A DNA stretch of 64,000 nucleotides from Bdellovibrionales bacterium (GCA_947462765.1 CANHQK010000007.1:1438-65437), one strand, 5' to 3'. Positions 46,369 to 57,285 are shown, counted from the stretch's first letter. Notes: generated by a model not told the origin, from the letters alone. Numbers and translations: made by a program.

Positions 46369-48849
46369 TTAAGCGGCACGCTTCGAGGATTTGGCAACCG
46401 CAGGTTCGGCTGCGGCAACCGGTTTCTGTTTCTTTGCTTTTACCGGGCGGGTCTCGTGAGTCTCGCCACCTGCACCGGGGAGGTTCCCTTCGATCGGGAA
46501 AACCTTTTCGGTCAAGGCCACTTCGAGCACTTCGTCGATGGATTTCACCGGAACGAAGTTGAGGTGCTTGCGGTACTCTTCGGGGATCTCTTCCAGATCT
46601 TTCCGGTTTTTCTCCGGAATGATGATGGTCTTGATTCCGTGTCTCATCGCGGCGAGGGATTTCTCCTTCAGTCCGCCGATCGGGAGTACCCGGCCGGTCA
46701 GGGTGATCTCACCGGTCATCGCCACATCCTTACGGACCGGGATTCCAGTCAAACGGGAGATCATGGCGGTGGCCATGGTGATCCCGGCTGAAGGGCCGTC
46801 CTTGGGGATGGCGCCCTGAGGGAAGTGGACATGGATGTCGGTTTCGCTCAGAACATCGGAGTTGATTCCGAAGTCCGCTGCGCGCCACCGGATCAGGCCG
46901 AGAGCGGCCTGGGCCGATTCCTTCATCACATCGCCGAGCTGGCCGGTGAGGAGCATGCCTCCCTTACCGCGGGTGGTTGCGGTCTCCACATAGAGGATTT
47001 CGCCACCTACCGAGGTCCAGGCGAGTCCGGTCGAAATGCCGACCTCATCCTTTTCCTGCTCGTCTTCGCGGGAGTAAACCGCTGGTCCGAGGAATTTGGC
47101 AACCAGTGCGGGATCGATCACGGTGGTGTCGGTCTTGCCTTCGGCCACCAGGCGAGCGGTTTTCCGGCAAACGGTTCCCACCAGGCGCTCGAGGTTCCGC
47201 AGCCCGGCTTCACGGGTGTAGTTCTCGACAATCGCACTGATCCCTGCATCGGTGAACTCGATTTGATCCGAGGTCAGACCATTCTCAAGGATCTGCTTTT
47301 CGATCAAATACTTGCGGGAAATGAAGTACTTCTCTTCCTGCGTGTATCCGGAAAGCTGGATCACTTCCATCCGGTCACGGAGGGGTGCCGGAATCTGCTC
47401 GAGTGCGTTACAAGTGGTGATGAACATGACATTGGTCAGGTCGATCGGCACATTGAGGTAGTGGTCGCGGAACGCGTAGTTCTGTTCCGGATCGAGAACC
47501 TCAAGCAATGCAGCCGAAGGATCGCCTTTGTAGTCGGTTCCCATTTTGTCGAGCTCGTCCAGGATGAAGACCGGGTTGTTGGTTCCCGCTTGCTTCAAGC
47601 CTTGAATGATACGACCGGGAAGTGCGCCCACATAGGTGCGGCGATGCCCGCGGATCTCGGCTTCATCCTTCACGCCCCCGAGGGAGATCCGGACGAATTC
47701 ACGTCCGAGCGCCTTGGCGATGGACTTACCGAGCGAGGTCTTACCGACACCCGGAGGACCCGAGAAGCACAGGATCGGCCCCTTCATGTTGTCCTTTTTC
47801 AGTTTACGGACCGCGAGGAATTCGATGATCCGTTCTTTGATCTTGTCGAGCTTGTAATGGTCGTCATCCAGGATCTCCATGGCGTGGTCGAGATCGAGAT
47901 TATCGACAGAGGCCTTACCCCAAGGGGTATCGGTCATCCACTCGATGTAAGTCCGCATCATGGAAGCTTCAGAACTCTCCGGATGCATGCGCTCGAGACG
48001 CTGAAGCTGTTTCATGGCTTCTTGCTCGACGTTCGCCGGCATCTTGGCGTTCATGATCTTCTCGCGAAGCTCGTTGATTTCTTCCGCTTTCGGATCGTTA
48101 TCGCCGAGTTCACTCTTGATCTGCTTCATCTGTTCGCGGAGGAAGTACTCCTTCTGCGATTTGCTGATCTCATCCTTGGTCTGAGACCGGATTTTGGCCT
48201 GAATGCTCAGGACTTCGGTCTCCTTGGTGAGGATCTCGTTGATCTTCTGGAGCTTCACGAATGGATCGTGGATTTCGAGCACATCCTGGGCCGTGCTGAC
48301 CTTCAGTCCGAGGTTGGAGGCGACGAGGTCCGCCATACGGCTTGGCTCGGTGATGTTCTCGAGAACCATCATGATGTCAGGGGCAAGAACCTTGCCGAGG
48401 CTGATCATCCGCTCGATCTGCTCCTTGATGGTGCGCATGAGGGCTTCGGACTCGGCCTTCTTTTCGTTGGCGACTTCCTGAACCTGTTCCACTTGCACTT
48501 CGTAAAACGGAGCGGTCTGGGTGAATTTTTTGACACGGGCTTTGCACAGGCCCTGGGTCAGGATTTTGATCCGACCGTCGGGGAGCTTGCGCATGCGCAT
48601 GATCATGGCGACGGTTCCGGTTTCGTAGATTCCGTCCGGAGTCGGTTGTTCGTCCGCGATGTTCTTCTGTGAAGAAAGAAAAATCAGGCGGTCGGTTTTG
48701 GAAAGCGCTTCTTCCACGCTACGGATGGAAGAATCACGACCCACGAATAAAGGAATGATCATATAGGGAAATACAACAATATCCCGTACAGGAAGCATCG
48801 GTAGTGTTTGTGGGATTTCAATCTGTTCGCCGTCGTAGTTAGTTACCAT
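46369..48849 (-). CDS. lon: ATP-dependent Lon protease
   Basis: LON N-terminal domain, AAA+ module (GPPGVGKTS), Ser-Lys protease domain (DGPSAG). Confidence 0.95.
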   Translation of the reverse strand: MVTNYDGEQIEIPQTLPMLPVRDIVVFPYMIIPLFVGRDSSIRSVEEALSKTDRLIFLSSQKNIADEQPTPDGIYETGTVAMIMRMRKLPDGRIKILTQGLCKARVKKFTQTAPFYEVQVEQVQEVANEKKAESEALMRTIKEQIERMISLGKVLAPDIMMVLENITEPSRMADLVASNLGLKVSTAQDVLEIHDPFVKLQKINEILTKETEVLSIQAKIRSQTKDEISKSQKEYFLREQMKQIKSELGDNDPKAEEINELREKIMNAKMPANVEQEAMKQLQRLERMHPESSEASMMRTYIEWMTDTPWGKASVDNLDLDHAMEILDDDHYKLDKIKERIIEFLAVRKLKKDNMKGPILCFSGPPGVGKTSLGKSIAKALGREFVRISLGGVKDEAEIRGHRRTYVGALPGRIIQGLKQAGTNNPVFILDELDKMGTDYKGDPSAALLEVLDPEQNYAFRDHYLNVPIDLTNVMFITTCNALEQIPAPLRDRMEVIQLSGYTQEEKYFISRKYLIEKQILENGLTSDQIEFTDAGISAIVENYTREAGLRNLERLVGTVCRKTARLVAEGKTDTTVIDPALVAKFLGPAVYSREDEQEKDEVGISTGLAWTSVGGEILYVETATTRGKGGMLLTGQLGDVMKESAQAALGLIRWRAADFGINSDVLSETDIHVHFPQGAIPKDGPSAGITMATAMISRLTGIPVRKDVAMTGEITLTGRVLPIGGLKEKSLAAMRHGIKTIIIPEKNRKDLEEIPEEYRKHLNFVPVKSIDEVLEVALTEKVFPIEGNLPGAGGETHETRPVKAKKQKPVAAAEPAVAKSSKRAA

Positions 48850-48943
48850 TTACCCTCCAACAGGTTGTACTCAAGGAACAGTTCGGAGAGCCGGGAGGAA
48901 TGCTTTAGGGATTTGTTTTTACTTTGTTTTTAAACCAAATCAG

Positions 48944-49951
48944 TCAAGTATTCTGATGGGCGGTGAGGTGATCCGCCAAGGCTTGCAGGGCCGGCGGGAG
49001 GGGGGCTTCAAAGCGGAGCTCCACACCCGTAACCGGATGCCGGAATCCGAGAATACGGGCGTGCAGGGCCTGCCCGGGAAGGGCTTTTACTGCGCGCTGG
49101 ATTTCGAGAGGGAGTTGCTTCCATTTGGCTTGAGTATCGGTGGGTGTCCCGTATACCGGGTCACCCAGCAAGGAATGGTGAAGGTGAGTGAGGTGGACGC
49201 GCACCTGATGCGTCCTCCCGGTCATGAGTCGGGCCTCGATCCAGCTGGCATAGGGGGATTTTCCCGCAACCGAATACTCGCTGATCTTTCGGAAAATCGA
49301 TACGGATTTTCGTCCATTTTCAACATTCACAGCCATTTTTTTGCGATCTTGCTGGCTTCTACCGATTGTCGATTCGAAGCGGAAATCCCCTTCCCAGCGT
49401 GGAGATCCGTAGCAGAATGCCCAATACCGTCTTTCGATATCGTGACGGGCGAAGAGAGCGGCGAGTCCCGAATGGGCAGCGTCTGTCTTACTGACCACCA
49501 GAGCTCCGCTCGTGTCCTTGTCGATCCGATGAACGATGCCCGGACGGAGCACTCCCCCGATGCCGCTCAGGTCCTTGATCCGGTACAGGAGCGCGTTCAC
49601 CAGCGTGCCTGACCCCTGGGTCTCCGAAGGGTGGACGGTGAGTCCGGGCTGCTTGTTCACGACCAGCAGATGTTCGTCTTCGAACAGGACGTCGAGGGGA
49701 ATGTTTTCCGGGAGGACATCCAAAGGGGCGGGTTCCGGGATCTCGATGATGATTTGAGTGCCGGGCTCCAGGCGGTCTTTGCCCCGTACGGGAATTCCAT
49801 TCGAGACCACCCGGTCGGATTCCATGAGTCGCTGGAGTTGCGAACGGGAGAGCGAAGGGGCCCCTTCCTCCTCTTCGAGGAGTGAAATCAGGGCTTTGTC
49901 AGCCCGTTCCGTCAGGTTCTCCGGGACGGTAATAGTCCACTTTCGACTCAT
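48944..49951 (-). CDS. rluD: RluA-family pseudouridine synthase with S4 domain (RluD-like)
   Basis: HRIDKDTSGALVVSKTD catalytic motif. Confidence 0.85.
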   Translation of the reverse strand: MSRKWTITVPENLTERADKALISLLEEEEGAPSLSRSQLQRLMESDRVVSNGIPVRGKDRLEPGTQIIIEIPEPAPLDVLPENIPLDVLFEDEHLLVVNKQPGLTVHPSETQGSGTLVNALLYRIKDLSGIGGVLRPGIVHRIDKDTSGALVVSKTDAAHSGLAALFARHDIERRYWAFCYGSPRWEGDFRFESTIGRSQQDRKKMAVNVENGRKSVSIFRKISEYSVAGKSPYASWIEARLMTGRTHQVRVHLTHLHHSLLGDPVYGTPTDTQAKWKQLPLEIQRAVKALPGQALHARILGFRHPVTGVELRFEAPLPPALQALADHLTAHQNT

Positions 49952-49953
49952 TT

Positions 49954-50640
49954 TCAGACTTTTTCGGGAGCAGAAGCTTTCATCCGGTCAAGGTAGTGAC
50001 GGGTCACCTGGTCGACGGGAAGTTTGAGTCGTTTACTGATTTGCTGTAAAAAGCCCCGAACATAAACAACGGCGGGGAGCTTGGTGAAGTTCTCTTCCTC
50101 AAGTGCATGCAGATAGGACCTTGAAATCCGGGTATAATCCGAAAGGTCTTCGAGCGTGATCCTCCGGGATTCCCGGATCTTCCTGAGCGCTGGGCCTGTC
50201 CAGGTTTCTTCGGGGCCGATCACCGCCACCTGCTCCGAGGCTACCGGTTCCCTGGTAGGGGTCACGGTTGCGGGACGTTCTCCACGGTTCAGGGTAAGAG
50301 AGGCCAGGCTCGCACTGGTGGACGCACTTGTCGGATTCGGCCAGTGGTCGGACACGGGATCGGACGAAGGTACCGGTGCGGTCGGGATTCCCTGGCTCAG
50401 TCCGTGCCCCTGATCGTAAGCACGCCGCTTCTCCGGATTGGAGAGCACGAGGTAGGCGTTCTCCACGTTCTTCAGCATCTGCTCGGTCTCGTCTCTCGAG
50501 AACACGCCATAATGAGCGATATTGTCCTTACCGTAAGCCGATTTCAACCGGAGGTAGGCGGAACGGATTTCCTGCGGAGTCGCGTCCGGTGTCAGCTCCA
50601 GAAGGTCATACAGGCTGAGGGGATCCTCGTTGAGGTGCAT
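49954..50640 (-). CDS. Hypothetical protein with J-domain-like N-terminus and C-terminal HTH (RodZ/DUF4115-like)
   Basis: LYDLLELTPDATPQEIRSAYLRLKSAY...EKRRAYDQ (J-like but lacking a clear HPD). C-terminal RITLEDLSDYTRISRSYLHALE. Confidence 0.45.
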   Translation of the reverse strand: MHLNEDPLSLYDLLELTPDATPQEIRSAYLRLKSAYGKDNIAHYGVFSRDETEQMLKNVENAYLVLSNPEKRRAYDQGHGLSQGIPTAPVPSSDPVSDHWPNPTSASTSASLASLTLNRGERPATVTPTREPVASEQVAVIGPEETWTGPALRKIRESRRITLEDLSDYTRISRSYLHALEEENFTKLPAVVYVRGFLQQISKRLKLPVDQVTRHYLDRMKASAPEKV

Positions 50641-50642
50641 AT

Positions 50643-51698
50643 TTATTCTGCAAGGGTATGTTCAATCCTGGCTTGTTTCAACAGATAATTGACAATTCGG
50701 TCGATGTGAATCGCGATCCTGGAGTGGGGATATTCGGCCAGAATCGGGCGCATTTTTCGAACCGACTGCCAGACGTTCGGTTCATATTCGATATAGCCGA
50801 GGTAATCGAGATCGATCCCGAAATACTTCTTGGCCACGCTCTTCATGGAAAAACCGACGTCCACATCGGTCTGGCTCCGGGTCTGGTTGATCACCAGCTT
50901 GGGTCGGAAATTCTTGATGGCATTCCGCAACTCGACCGCAAGTGCAGGGTTCTGGAAGTTGGTCTCGGTGAGGAGTTGTTGGGGGGATTGGATCCCGAGT
51001 GGATGATTCGGAGTCATGGCCGCTTCAATCAATGGGCGGATTGCTTCGAAGCGCGGGATCTCGAGCAGGCGGCTGTAGTAGCTCGCTTTGATAAAACGGT
51101 ACGCGTTCTCGATCGAGGTGGGTTCAGGTAGCGCAGTAATGATCCCGATCTCCGCATGATTGAAAAACTCGAGAGTATAGGCGCTGGTTCCGGCTCCAAG
51201 GTCCAGGATGACGAAGTGATGGTTCATCCGGTCGAGTGCTGCGAGAATATCCCTGATTTTTTCCCTCGAAATTTGAGTGATTTTAAGGTCGTCCTTGGCT
51301 CCTGCGATCATCTGGAGGTTCTGGAACTGGGTCTGCACGATGCAGTCTTTGAGTTCTGAAGCGGACCCGTTCAAAAAATCGGAGAGACACTTGGCGGGAG
51401 GAGCCTGACCCAGCACCGTATGGAGATTCGCGCCCCCGAGGTCGAGGTCGACCACGAGAGTGCTGTAACCCATTCGGGCCAAAGTGAAGGCCAGTGAGGA
51501 AGAGAGAAGGCTTTTACCGACGCCGCCCTTTCCGCCACCGATCGCCCAGATCTGCTGTTTCAAAAACGGACTCCTGGAGTTGAGTTGAGCGGCATGGGTC
51601 ATGGAGCGTGGGTCTTTCAGTGACATGTTCGTTTCCATCCTAGAAACCACCTGTCCTTTAAGCCTAAAATACAAGGGGTGATTGTCAAGGAAATCCAT
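50643..51698 (-). CDS. MinD/ParA-family P-loop ATPase
   Basis: Deviant Walker A GGGKGGVGKS. Confidence 0.7.
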   Translation of the reverse strand: MDFLDNHPLYFRLKGQVVSRMETNMSLKDPRSMTHAAQLNSRSPFLKQQIWAIGGGKGGVGKSLLSSSLAFTLARMGYSTLVVDLDLGGANLHTVLGQAPPAKCLSDFLNGSASELKDCIVQTQFQNLQMIAGAKDDLKITQISREKIRDILAALDRMNHHFVILDLGAGTSAYTLEFFNHAEIGIITALPEPTSIENAYRFIKASYYSRLLEIPRFEAIRPLIEAAMTPNHPLGIQSPQQLLTETNFQNPALAVELRNAIKNFRPKLVINQTRSQTDVDVGFSMKSVAKKYFGIDLDYLGYIEYEPNVWQSVRKMRPILAEYPHSRIAIHIDRIVNYLLKQARIEHTLAE

Positions 51699-51716
51699 CC
51701 GTTATACGATCGGACC

Positions 51717-52376
51717 ATGCAGAACCGTCCCTCACTGTCACCCTCTTGGCGCCTGCGCCTCAGGAATGATCTCCACCTCGGTAGGAAGATCTGGCACTGC
51801 GGGATGGGCGTGTTCATGGCTCTGGTTTACGGACTGGGTACATCGAAAAGCGTTTGCGTCGGACTCTTGTCGGTGGGACTCGCTTTTTTTCTGGCCGGGG
51901 AATATGCCCGGCTCAGATCCCCGCGATTGAATGCGGTTGCCATCAAATTGATGGGGCCCATCATGCGTTCTAGTGAAGTGAACCGCGTCAGCGGGACTCC
52001 CTTTTATGTGGGGTCGGTTCTTCTCTCGGTGGCCATTTTCCCTAAGCCCATTGCCATCCTTTCGATCTTATTCCTCGCCATAGGAGATCCGGTCTCCTCT
52101 ATTTTCGGCATCACTTGGGGACACAAGGGCCCCCGCTTCTCGAATGGAAAGTCATTGATCGGTACGGCCGCCGGAATGGGGATTTGTGCGGTGATCGCCT
52201 TCTTTTACCTGGTCTTCACAGGTGTTCCCGCTCTCGCCTCGGCGCTCACCGCCCTGGCTGGAGGCTTGGCGGGCGGAGGAGCCGAGATGATCCCGCTGGA
52301 GATTGACGACAATTTCTCGATCCCTCTCGTCAGCGGATTGGCATTGTGGGTGGCCTTCACAGTTTTCGGGATTTGA
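51717..52376 (+). CDS. CTP-dependent polyprenol/dolichol-kinase-like membrane protein (CTP_transf_1 superfamily)
   Basis: Multi-TM with C-terminal conserved basic/aromatic patch. Family assignment is tentative. Confidence 0.45.
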   Translation: MQNRPSLSPSWRLRLRNDLHLGRKIWHCGMGVFMALVYGLGTSKSVCVGLLSVGLAFFLAGEYARLRSPRLNAVAIKLMGPIMRSSEVNRVSGTPFYVGSVLLSVAIFPKPIAILSILFLAIGDPVSSIFGITWGHKGPRFSNGKSLIGTAAGMGICAVIAFFYLVFTGVPALASALTALAGGLAGGGAEMIPLEIDDNFSIPLVSGLALWVAFTVFGI

Positions 52377-54338
52377 ATGGAGTTGTTGAAACAGACCTCT
52401 CTCATCCTCGGCCTGGCGGCGCTCACTCTCGGAGTATGGACCTTGTTCCGACACTGGCGGAACAGGATCTCGGTTCTGTTCTCTTTCCTGTGCTTCCTGG
52501 TTTCTGTTTGGGCGCTCAGTTTTGTTTCTCACGCAACCCTCTTCGGGCGCCTGTCCTACGATATCCATCTGTTTTGTAATGTACTGCTCGCACCCACCGG
52601 GGTCCTGCTCATGTCGAGCTTTTTAGTCCGTAAAGTCGACGCGATCAGCCGTTTCCTGTTCCTGGCATCTCTTGCCGGTGGCTCGGTCTTGTGTTTCCTC
52701 ATTGCCTTTTCCCTGGGACAGGGCGAGATATTCCGGCTTGCCACCGGATTCTGGCCTTCATTCATCTTGGTTGAATACGTCCACCTGCTGGTGCTCGAGG
52801 CTCGGTGGATCACCAGGGGGGATGCGGGTCACATTCCCCCGGGCAGGAAAATGGTGCTCTATCTCGGTCCCATCGTCTCACTTGCATTTTGCACCTTCGA
52901 CCATATTCCTTTGATGGGCACTGTGATTCCCTCCATCGGCAATCTGCTGTTCGCGGTGTATCTCGGATTCGCAAGCCAGATCATCAATCCTAGGAAGCTC
53001 TTCGGGCTGGATTCCCTGGTTTCGAGGTTCCTCGCGGTTCTCACTTTGTCCCTGATCCTGACCGGGTTTTTCGCTCTTCTGTACAACACTATCAGCCGCT
53101 CTTTTCCCTTGTTCCTGCTCAATTCGTTCTTGATTTCCTTTGCGGTGCTCGCGCTCTGGAGCCCCCTCGTGACCTTCTTCCGCTTCATGGGCCGGAAGAT
53201 CTTTCCGCGCAAGCAGGATGAGGCCCGCGAGACCGTCGACCGATTCCGGATCCTCCTTTCAGCAGTCACTTCCCTGGAGGATCTGAAAGAGGGACTGAGA
53301 CAGTTCTTCTTGAAGACCTACCGTGCAGAGCGGGTCGAGATCACCTTGGATCCTTCTGGGATCTTGCTTCCTGAAACTGTGGAAGCCTACTGTCTTGAAC
53401 TCAGAGAAAAGGGCCTGCCTCCTGTCCTGCACCGGGTGATTTTGGAACAGGAAAGAGATGCCCTGTACACAAAAGAGGGACGCCGGGCTCTCGAGTTGAT
53501 CCTGGAGTACCTCGATGCAGGAGGGTTCGATGTAGTCCTTCCCGCCCATGTTTCTGAAAAAGTGGTGGCGCTCATCAGGATCCGGCTTTCATCAGGTCAC
53601 GCGCTCTCTGAAACGGGTTTTTTCCCTTTTCCGGGTGCTCCCGAGTTGATTGCCGAGCTGGCAGAGGGTACGTGTCGTCTGGCGCGGATCGGTGAGGCTC
53701 GTGAGCGAGAAAGGCTGATGTTGCTGGGTGAAATGGCTGCGGGACTGGCTCATGAGATCCGGAATCCCTTGGGCGCCATTCGTGGAGCGGCGGACCTCTT
53801 GCGGGAGCCCGGCCCCTTCGTCGATGTCATTCGGGACGAAACAGCCCGCTTGAACCGTCTGGTGGGGCAGTTCCTTGATTTCTCCAGGAATCCGCAAGAC
53901 GGGCGTCAGTGGGTCGATCTGTGCACCCTTCTCCCTCGCGCAATCCAGAATACCAACTTTCTAGTCCCTCCGGCCATTCGCCTCAGATTCGAGGGGCGCG
54001 AACTGCCGGTGTCAGTCGAGGTGGTGCCGGACTCGATCCAACAGGTGCTCTCCAATCTCATTCAGAATTCCGTCAAGGCGCTGGAGGGGGTTCGTGATGC
54101 CGAAATCATCGTGCGGGTCGAGCAGCAGGGTTTCTCGGTGACGGACAATGGAATCGGTATGAGTGACTCGGTGAGGTCGAGAGTGTTGGAACCGTTTTTC
54201 ACCTCATCCGTGGGTGGAACCGGTCTCGGCCTTTCCATTTGCGAGCGACTCATCCGCTTTGACCGTGGCTGGCTCAAGCTCGAATCGACTCCGGGGCAGG
54301 GGACCCGCGTGGAAGTGGGGTACCCGGATGCGCGATAA
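52377..54338 (+). CDS. Sensor histidine kinase with N-terminal multi-TM (7TMR-like) sensor
   Basis: About 8 TM helices, then HisKA (LAHEIRNPLGAI) and HATPase_c (GTGLGLSI). Confidence 0.85.
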   Translation: MELLKQTSLILGLAALTLGVWTLFRHWRNRISVLFSFLCFLVSVWALSFVSHATLFGRLSYDIHLFCNVLLAPTGVLLMSSFLVRKVDAISRFLFLASLAGGSVLCFLIAFSLGQGEIFRLATGFWPSFILVEYVHLLVLEARWITRGDAGHIPPGRKMVLYLGPIVSLAFCTFDHIPLMGTVIPSIGNLLFAVYLGFASQIINPRKLFGLDSLVSRFLAVLTLSLILTGFFALLYNTISRSFPLFLLNSFLISFAVLALWSPLVTFFRFMGRKIFPRKQDEARETVDRFRILLSAVTSLEDLKEGLRQFFLKTYRAERVEITLDPSGILLPETVEAYCLELREKGLPPVLHRVILEQERDALYTKEGRRALELILEYLDAGGFDVVLPAHVSEKVVALIRIRLSSGHALSETGFFPFPGAPELIAELAEGTCRLARIGEARERERLMLLGEMAAGLAHEIRNPLGAIRGAADLLREPGPFVDVIRDETARLNRLVGQFLDFSRNPQDGRQWVDLCTLLPRAIQNTNFLVPPAIRLRFEGRELPVSVEVVPDSIQQVLSNLIQNSVKALEGVRDAEIIVRVEQQGFSVTDNGIGMSDSVRSRVLEPFFTSSVGGTGLGLSICERLIRFDRGWLKLESTPGQGTRVEVGYPDAR

Positions 54339-55500
54339 AGTCGTGATCATCGATGATGAGGCGAACCTCAGGATGATCCTCGAGGCGACCTTGGTGCGTG
54401 CGGGGTACGATGCTGTCGCATTTCCCGGATTGGAAGAGGCGAAGAGTGTCATCGACACGGAGGATCTGGCGGCAGTCCTGACCGACCTCCAGATGCCCTC
54501 CCATGACGGGATGGCGGTCCTGCAATATTGCCATCAGTACACCCCCGATCTGCCCGTGATCCTCCTGACCGCTTATGGAACGGTAGAGAGGGCGGTTGCA
54601 GCACTCAAGGCCGGTGCTTTCGACTTCGTGGTCAAACCTTTCGATCATGGCGACCTTCTCCGCACCCTTGAAAAAGCCTGTCAAAATCGCCGATTCCGTC
54701 GTCGGGAACCGGCGCTCGAGATCATGAGTGCGGTGGGTGTCGGTCCGGTTCCCGTCCCGCTATTCGGTCAGGAGCCTTCGACTGTGCGCTTGAGGGAGGA
54801 GGTCGAAAGGATAGCGAAGACGGACTCGGCTGTCTGGATGTCCGGAGAGGTTGGTACGGGCAAACGATCGGTGGCCTATGAGATTCACCGTAAGTCCGAT
54901 CGTTCGCGGCATCCCTTCGTCCAGGTGTCATGCGCCACCTTGCCCCCGGTCTTCCAGTTGACGGAGCTGTTCGGTGTCGAAAAGGGGGCTAGCCCTGTGA
55001 ATTTGTTCAGCAAGCCAGGGGTCTTCGAGTTGGCCCAGGGAGGAACGCTCTTCATCGAGGAGATCGACAGCCTGTCGATCGAAGCCCAGAACGCGTTTTT
55101 CACCTTGCTTGAGACCGAGAGGTTCTCGAGAGTCGGAGGGGTCCGCCTGTTTCCTGCCGACTTCAGGATCATTGCGACCAGCTCGAAAAATCTCGATCTC
55201 GAGGTCCGGGACGGGGCATTCCATGTCGAACTTTATTACAAACTCACCGCTTCGATGCTGGAGCTCCTGCCACTCCGGAGCCGCACGGCGGATATCGAGA
55301 CGGATCTTCTGCCCTATTTTCTTTCGCGTGCTTGCCGACGCAGGGGGGTTCCATTGATGAACATCACTCCCGAGGCATTGGATGTTCTTCTCGGTCGATC
55401 ATGGCCGGGAAATCTTGGCGAACTCGAGCGTGCGATTCAGAGAGCGGTGGATCATGCCCGGGGAGATACACTCGGGATTCAGGATTTCTCGAGAGATTGA
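54328..55500 (+). CDS. NtrC-family response regulator (receiver + AAA+ sigma-54-interaction-like domain) with degenerate GAFTGA and no C-terminal HTH
   Basis: Receiver domain (VVIIDDE...DLQMP), Walker A GEVGTGKR, ELFGVEKGASPVN in place of ESELFGHEKGAFTGA, and SWPGNLGELE. Start overlaps the kinase stop. Confidence 0.85.
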   Translation: MRDKVVIIDDEANLRMILEATLVRAGYDAVAFPGLEEAKSVIDTEDLAAVLTDLQMPSHDGMAVLQYCHQYTPDLPVILLTAYGTVERAVAALKAGAFDFVVKPFDHGDLLRTLEKACQNRRFRRREPALEIMSAVGVGPVPVPLFGQEPSTVRLREEVERIAKTDSAVWMSGEVGTGKRSVAYEIHRKSDRSRHPFVQVSCATLPPVFQLTELFGVEKGASPVNLFSKPGVFELAQGGTLFIEEIDSLSIEAQNAFFTLLETERFSRVGGVRLFPADFRIIATSSKNLDLEVRDGAFHVELYYKLTASMLELLPLRSRTADIETDLLPYFLSRACRRRGVPLMNITPEALDVLLGRSWPGNLGELERAIQRAVDHARGDTLGIQDFSRD

Positions 55501-56378
55501 ACCCGTATCCGTCCGGAAGGCTCGAGCCTGACCCGTCCTGATTCGACCGCTTCTTGTAAGGCACGGGAAAACGCATTCCAATCTCCCGGACTCCAGTGCT
55601 CCTGCAGCATCGGAAGTCGGCACTCCCCGAACTCCGATTCAAGTCGGACCACCAGCCGATCGAAGGGGTGTTCGGGCAGAAGCGGGAACAGGATCGCTTG
55701 GGGGTCGAGGAGGCGGGGCCAAGTGTCGAGGAGGCTTCGGACTCCGTAGAAGGGTGAAGCAAAGGGATGACGATCCGGTTGCTCGCGTGACAGGAGTTTC
55801 TCGTTGCCGCTGAAGCAAGGATCCCCCGGGAATGCCGGTGTGGCGTAGAGATCGCGATCCCATCGCGAGGCCCATTGAGCCGTATTCAAGGTCCCGGACA
55901 CCGCAGCCCCCTCCACCACCCACACGGCCCGGGCCAGTCGTGCGATCAGCTGATTGCGCTCGTGGAATTGTCCGGGAAGGGGAGGGCTGCCGTCTGAAAA
56001 TGGAGATAAGAGCATTCCTCCTGCTTCGACGATTTCACTTTTCAGGCGGCCGGAACCGACCGGGTAGTCCACGTCGATCCCTGAGCCGAGGATGGCAAGG
56101 GTGCGGAGGCCCGCACGAAGGGCTGCGCGGTGAGCGGCCTCGTCGATTCCGCGCGCCAGTCCGGAAATCACTGTCAGGCCGGTGCCCCTCAATCCGTCCA
56201 CGATCTCATCGACCAGGCGGAGCGAGCGTCCCTGGGGCTTGCGTGTTCCGACAATGGAAAAACCGGTATCCGGCAAGGTCCGTAACCAGGCTTCCGGATC
56301 ATCCAAGCACTGGATTCGCCAAAGGGGGCGGAGATGTGGAGTCACAAACGGGGTGTGGCAGTAGGTGATCGAATCCAT
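55479..56378 (-). CDS. dprA: DNA processing protein DprA (Smf)
   Basis: GLARGIDEAAHRAAL Rossmann-like DprA core. Confidence 0.85.
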   Translation of the reverse strand: MDSITYCHTPFVTPHLRPLWRIQCLDDPEAWLRTLPDTGFSIVGTRKPQGRSLRLVDEIVDGLRGTGLTVISGLARGIDEAAHRAALRAGLRTLAILGSGIDVDYPVGSGRLKSEIVEAGGMLLSPFSDGSPPLPGQFHERNQLIARLARAVWVVEGAAVSGTLNTAQWASRWDRDLYATPAFPGDPCFSGNEKLLSREQPDRHPFASPFYGVRSLLDTWPRLLDPQAILFPLLPEHPFDRLVVRLESEFGECRLPMLQEHWSPGDWNAFSRALQEAVESGRVRLEPSGRIRVQSLEKS

Positions 56379-56429
56379 GCCCCGCCAGGATTCAAGAGCT
56401 GTGCCGGAGTGATGGGCAATGCCTCAGAC

Positions 56430-57194
56430 TTAGTGACTCAGGATCTGGCCGAGAAAGGCCCGGGTCCGTTCTTCAGAGGGAGCCTTGAAAATCTTTTCGG
56501 GGGATCCCTCTTCAATGATCCTGCCCTGGTCAAAGAAAATGATCCGATCGGCTACCTCGCGGGCAAATCCCATCTCATGGGTGACCACGATCATGGTCAT
56601 TCCCGAAAGGGCCAGCTCTTTCATAACGGCCAGCACCTCGTTCACCATTTCAGGGTCGAGTGCGGAAGTCGGCTCGTCAAACAACATCACTTTGGGTTGC
56701 ATGGCCAGAGCGCGGGCGATGGCCACACGTTGCTGCTGTCCCCCGGACAGACTGCCGGGATATTTGTTCGCTTGTTCAACAATTCCCACTCTTTTCAGAA
56801 GGTCGAGGGCGAGACGCTCGGCTGCATCCGGTTCCAGTTTCCGGACCTTGACCGGGGCGAGGGTGATGTTTTGAAGAACCGTCAGATGTGGAAAAAGATT
56901 GAAGTTTTGGAAAACCATCCCGACTTCGCGTCGGATGGTGTCGAGGTTGGCCCCGTCCTCGAGGCGGATGCCATCGATGACGATCTCGCCACGGTCGAAA
57001 CCTTCCAAGCGGTTCAGGGTGCGGATGAAGGTGCTCTTTCCGGACCCGGAGGGTCCGATGATCACCACCACTTCGCCCTTTTTTACAGTGAGATTGACGC
57101 CCTTCAGCGCCTCGAAGCTCTCGAAGGTCTTGAAAATATCCCGAGCAACGACAATGTCGACAGTCCGGTCGATGTTGGATTCGAATGGCGGCAT
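56430..57194 (-). CDS. Polar amino-acid ABC transporter ATP-binding protein
   Basis: Walker [10 protein letters not shown], signature [15 protein letters not shown], Walker [12 protein letters not shown]. Confidence 0.85.
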   Translation of the reverse strand: MPPFESNIDRTVDIVVARDIFKTFESFEALKGVNLTVKKGEVVVIIGPSGSGKSTFIRTLNRLEGFDRGEIVIDGIRLEDGANLDTIRREVGMVFQNFNLFPHLTVLQNITLAPVKVRKLEPDAAERLALDLLKRVGIVEQANKYPGSLSGGQQQRVAIARALAMQPKVMLFDEPTSALDPEMVNEVLAVMKELALSGMTMIVVTHEMGFAREVADRIIFFDQGRIIEEGSPEKIFKAPSEERTRAFLGQILSH

Positions 57195-57285
57195 GGCAGC
57201 GGAGTTATCGCTTTTTTTCACTGAAAGCACAAGCGGAATTTTTTTCAATCAATCAGATTGAATAATTGAAAATCCGACTTAAACT

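Noticed and set aside
46825-48672. 615-aa plus-strand ORF antisense to lon
   Set aside because: Shadow ORF of an unambiguous Lon protease gene. Composition is Asp/Leu/Gly/His-rich without motifs.
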